A DNA stretch of 64,000 bases from Pocillopora damicornis. Its lineage: Eukaryota. The position numbers and the translations under genes are program-made. Shown here one piece after another: positions 60,609-64,000 of this stretch (positions are counted from its first letter, which is position 1; the number at the start of each line of letters is the position of its first letter). The notes below the pieces were generated by a model, which saw nothing but the letters and a program-made list of their open reading frames with translations, did no database searches and had not been told where the DNA came from. The stretch lies in contig NW_020845300.1 in the NCBI RefSeq assembly GCF_003704095.1, positions 1,054,001 through 1,118,000 of the forward strand. The letters are read 5' to 3'.

Positions 60609-62264
60609 CTATTTTTGTTGTTGCTGTTGTTGATGTTGATTATATTCATCCTCTAAAGAAGGTTCATTCTGCTGATTGACTTGTTCTTCATTTCCTTGTA
60701 CACCCTCAGAATTAGATTCTTGCTGGCTTTGTTCTTGATGTTGTTCTTCTTGTTGCTCCTGTTGGTCTTCCTGTTCATGTTGTTCATTCTGTTGGTTTTC
60801 CTGTTGAGGTTGGTGTTGCTGTTGATCTTGTTCTTGGTTTTCTTGTGGTTTATTTTCATCCTGTTCCTGATTATGCTCTGAAGACTGTTGATTTTGTTGT
60901 CGTTGATTAAATTCTTGCTCTAGAGATGATTGTTCCTGTTGCTGTTCTTGCTCTTCCTGGGTTTCTTGTTCTCCCTCCTGAGGCTTGTCCAGGTCTGTCA
61001 TGAATGAGTTTACTTTTGAGTTCATCAGCTCAATAAAATCAATCATACCATCATCATCTCTGTCGTGTTTCATCAGAAGTTCATCTACAATGGTTTCTGC
61101 TTCATGCTCAAGGAACATGCGCCCTCCTTCTTTGAATTCACCTTTGCTATCATCTTCTGTGTGAAAATCTGTCAGTGCATTCATCCATTCTAAGCCATCT
61201 AGCTTTTGATTGTCATCATAATCATGAAGCTTGAAGAAATAAAATATACCTGCAGACAATAATAATCATAATGTTAACCCTTCCTTGCTGTTCCCCTTTT
61301 TTGCATACATGCATGCATTACAAGCATTACTCAGGGAAATCTGCCATCATGCCCACTGCTAAAATCCATGGTTTACTTTTTCACTCATAATCTCAAATTT
61401 TGAGCATCCTTCCAGGTGTATCTTGTGGTTAATGCACTTCTACATTGTTGGTGCTTTATTCTGGTTCTCTTTTTTATTGATTTAGTATTGGGTATCATGA
61501 TAAGGACCTATTCCTTGTTTCCTGTGTAACAGAGACAACAAAAAACAACAACAGCAAAAAACATACAAGAACTTGGAATACTCAGAGTCATCCTTCAATA
61601 AACTAGATAGTTCTCAAGGGGAGTAGGAAAAGTTTTCTTGTGGAGGGTTTTCAAATGCAATGTTGCTGAATCCTTTAAACCCACATAGTAACCAGCATCC
61701 AGTTTCTTCTAACAGTAACACTTCTTAATCATTCATTAAGATCACGAGAATAAAAGAAATGGTTGTCAATCCATGAGGCTTTGATTATCAGAAACATTCT
61801 CCTTATCAGTGCCAATGGAAATGTGTAGAGAAGAGTATAGAGAATATCAATACTGTTGTTACAGTGTAAAGGGTTACAATTTGGTCTCAACAGTACCTTT
61901 AGAATTGTCACCATTTTGCACATCTTTTATTTCTTGGTCTTGTCCAGTTACTTCCCCTAAGTGTTTTTTTATATGTCTGCAACATAACAACAGCAGGTAT
62001 GAGAAAACAAGAAGCAAAAGGGAAGGAAGGTAATATGAAACAATAATTATTGTTGAAATGCTACAGGGCAATTGTATTTCCTGGGAAATATGTTTTCAAC
62101 TGAGTCTATATTTTTCAAATCAAGTTTTAATTTACAAAGTAGATTTTAATGCTTTCTTGTGTAGGAGCCTTTAACAATATGAAAAAATTCTAAAAATAAA
62201 AGTGAAATACCTCAAACCTTCTCCATCCAGATCCATTCTGTCAGCTAGATGAGCAAGTAAATGT
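60609..62264 (-). CDS. MCFD2: MCFD2-like secretory-pathway EF-hand protein, 3' portion, with a long Gln/Glu-rich tail
   Basis: Last exon 61249-60609: YFFKLHDYDDNQKLDGLE (EF1) and IVDELLMKHDRDDDGMIDFIE (EF2). Upstream HxxxHL exons at 62264-62218 and 61976-61897. The start exon was not identified (gap at 62651-62750, or beyond the window). Confidence 0.8.
61671..61873. mobile_element. piggyBac-like MITE (subfamily B, diverged)
   Basis: tcctttaaac...gtgtaaaggg termini; the body resembles 10169-10372. Confidence 0.6.
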
Positions 62265-62650
62265 CTAAAATGATGGAATTGATAAATTAAGTAAATAATT
62301 ACTTTTTTAAAAGACAGCTTCTAAATGGTTCAGCCATATCACTGTTGACAGCAATCAGAGTTCTGAAATTGAAGTAGCTGAAGAGTAGAGAGAAGTTGCT
62401 AAAAATGCCTGGGGTGTGTGTTTGATGGCTCTTTTTCCATGATCCCCAATTATGTACTTTGGCATAATGTGGAATAGGTGTATTATCATTTATGCAGCTG
62501 TTTTACAGAATAAATATGGGAAAGAAAACAGACTTTTCTAAAATTAATTCCTCATTCAATTTAACTTGAATATTATACACACCCGCTCTCAACAGTCAGC
62601 TTTGTATCAACATAATTTACTGATTAAACAAATTTTTTTCAATAATCTTA

Positions 62651-62750
62651 NNNNNNNNNNNNNNNNNNNNNNNNNNNNNNNNNNNNNNNNNNNNNNNNNN
62701 NNNNNNNNNNNNNNNNNNNNNNNNNNNNNNNNNNNNNNNNNNNNNNNNNN
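62651..62750. other. Assembly gap (100 N)
   Basis: N run. Confidence 1.
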
Positions 62751-64000
62751 TTTCCTCTACAAAAAAATCTCAGAAATTTGTATTTATCTTCTGGCATTCT
62801 ATAACAAATGCTGTAATCCGTTTGGCTACAGTACTCCCTATCTGTCCCCTGATATATGGCATGATTGATTTATATCATCATGCACAAATAAAAATGAGCC
62901 TGTTGTGATGTTAATTCTTGAACAAATAGTAGAAATATGTTAAAACAATAGTCCATTTTACTGTTGGGTGCTTGGTTGCCAAGCCTTTTAACAGGAGTGA
63001 GGCTAGGGGTGACCTTGTTATGATACAAACTTTGCTGCTTTTTAAATGTAAATTTCTCTGTTATTATGCTAACTAGATACTGGTCTCTGTCATAACAAGG
63101 TCATCTTCAGCCTCACTCTTAATCAAAGGCTTGGAACTAAGTACATAACTGTAAAATGGCTTATTACATCATTCCCTTTCAACTTCCATATATCAAGTGC
63201 AATACTTAATTCTGAGGTCGCCCTCATCAACTACCATGGGATAGAAATTTCGCATTCACAATCACATTGTTTCATAAAAGTTACGTCCAGATACGTACAG
63301 TATTTAAGTTACAACGTGGTATCAAGAAAGCTGAATACTTCGAAATCTTATCTCTATGGGAAGCGTTGAGTTAAGTTCTACGCATTAGATAGAATAAACA
63401 AGCAGTCTTCATATTGGAACTGAAACTTAAGAAAAAAAACCCGTTTGAAGACCTCATATGAAATCAGAAGAAATTCTCACTGAATTGCAGCTTTTCACTA
63501 GACTGCACACATACAATTGCTCGCTAAAAATGGGCCACTTTTATCAATGAAATTGTCACTTCGCTGACCTACTCCTCACATGTAGTTTGATTGAACCGTT
63601 AGTTACGATATTCTTCGCCCTGACAGATAACATACAACATGAACTTGGAATTTTGTACATGAATTCCTACCCGTCTTTCCGTGCGAGTAGCTTCCAGAGA
63701 TGCCACCAGAGTGAACTGATGAGAAATCTCCCGTATCGGATCTCCAGACATTCTTCAAGATGTTAACAACATGTTTACAAATCATCTGAGGGGCCATTTA
63801 TACGTTACCTTCGTAGAAGTAACTCCAAATTCAGCCATATCCAAACTTGCAAGGCGTCGATGTTTTGTAGTCCCCAGATCCTTTCTCATGAACTGCGCGA
63901 AATTTACCCGCGAAAAAATGCCTTCACTGGGGGGGGTATGGGGTGACATTTGGTACTCTCGTTATTTCGTGACGAAGAAACAGTGGCAGCAGAAACTTTG

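Noticed and set aside
63603-63840. Possible 5' exons (MAEFGVTSTK|gt; MAPQMIC...)
   Set aside because: No signal peptide or phase-supported link to the MCFD2-like gene; cannot be assigned from this window.

Overview
Intron-rich, AT-rich animal genomic DNA. The repeat families and gene style suggest a cnidarian, probably a stony coral (inference). There are three 100-N gaps. Genes were reconstructed by hand from splice sites and reading phase, left to right: the 3' end of a death-domain gene (+), malonyl-CoA decarboxylase MLYCD (+, 14 exons), tomosyn/STXBP5 (+, 27 exons, one U12 intron), a class A GPCR with a single coding exon (-), a MAP7/ensconsin-like gene (-) head-to-head with SF3A3 (+), an unrecognised 12-exon gene (-), and the 3' part of an MCFD2-like EF-hand gene (-). 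The 12-exon gene encodes a signal peptide, a Cys-rich/EGF-like ectodomain, a TM helix and a cytoplasmic SH3 domain, and contains a U12 intron; the ORF track shows only fragments of it. The MCFD2-like gene has a long Q/E tail and two candidate mutually exclusive exons. Introns hold many MITEs (TA, TTAA, 3-bp and 5-bp target duplications), SINE-like repeats and Penelope-type remnants with hammerhead ribozyme motifs, including a two-strand hammerhead foldback. The best novelty candidates are the EGF-TM-SH3 receptor, the hammerhead foldback, and a duplicated intronic H/ACA-like element in tomosyn. No database searches were run.
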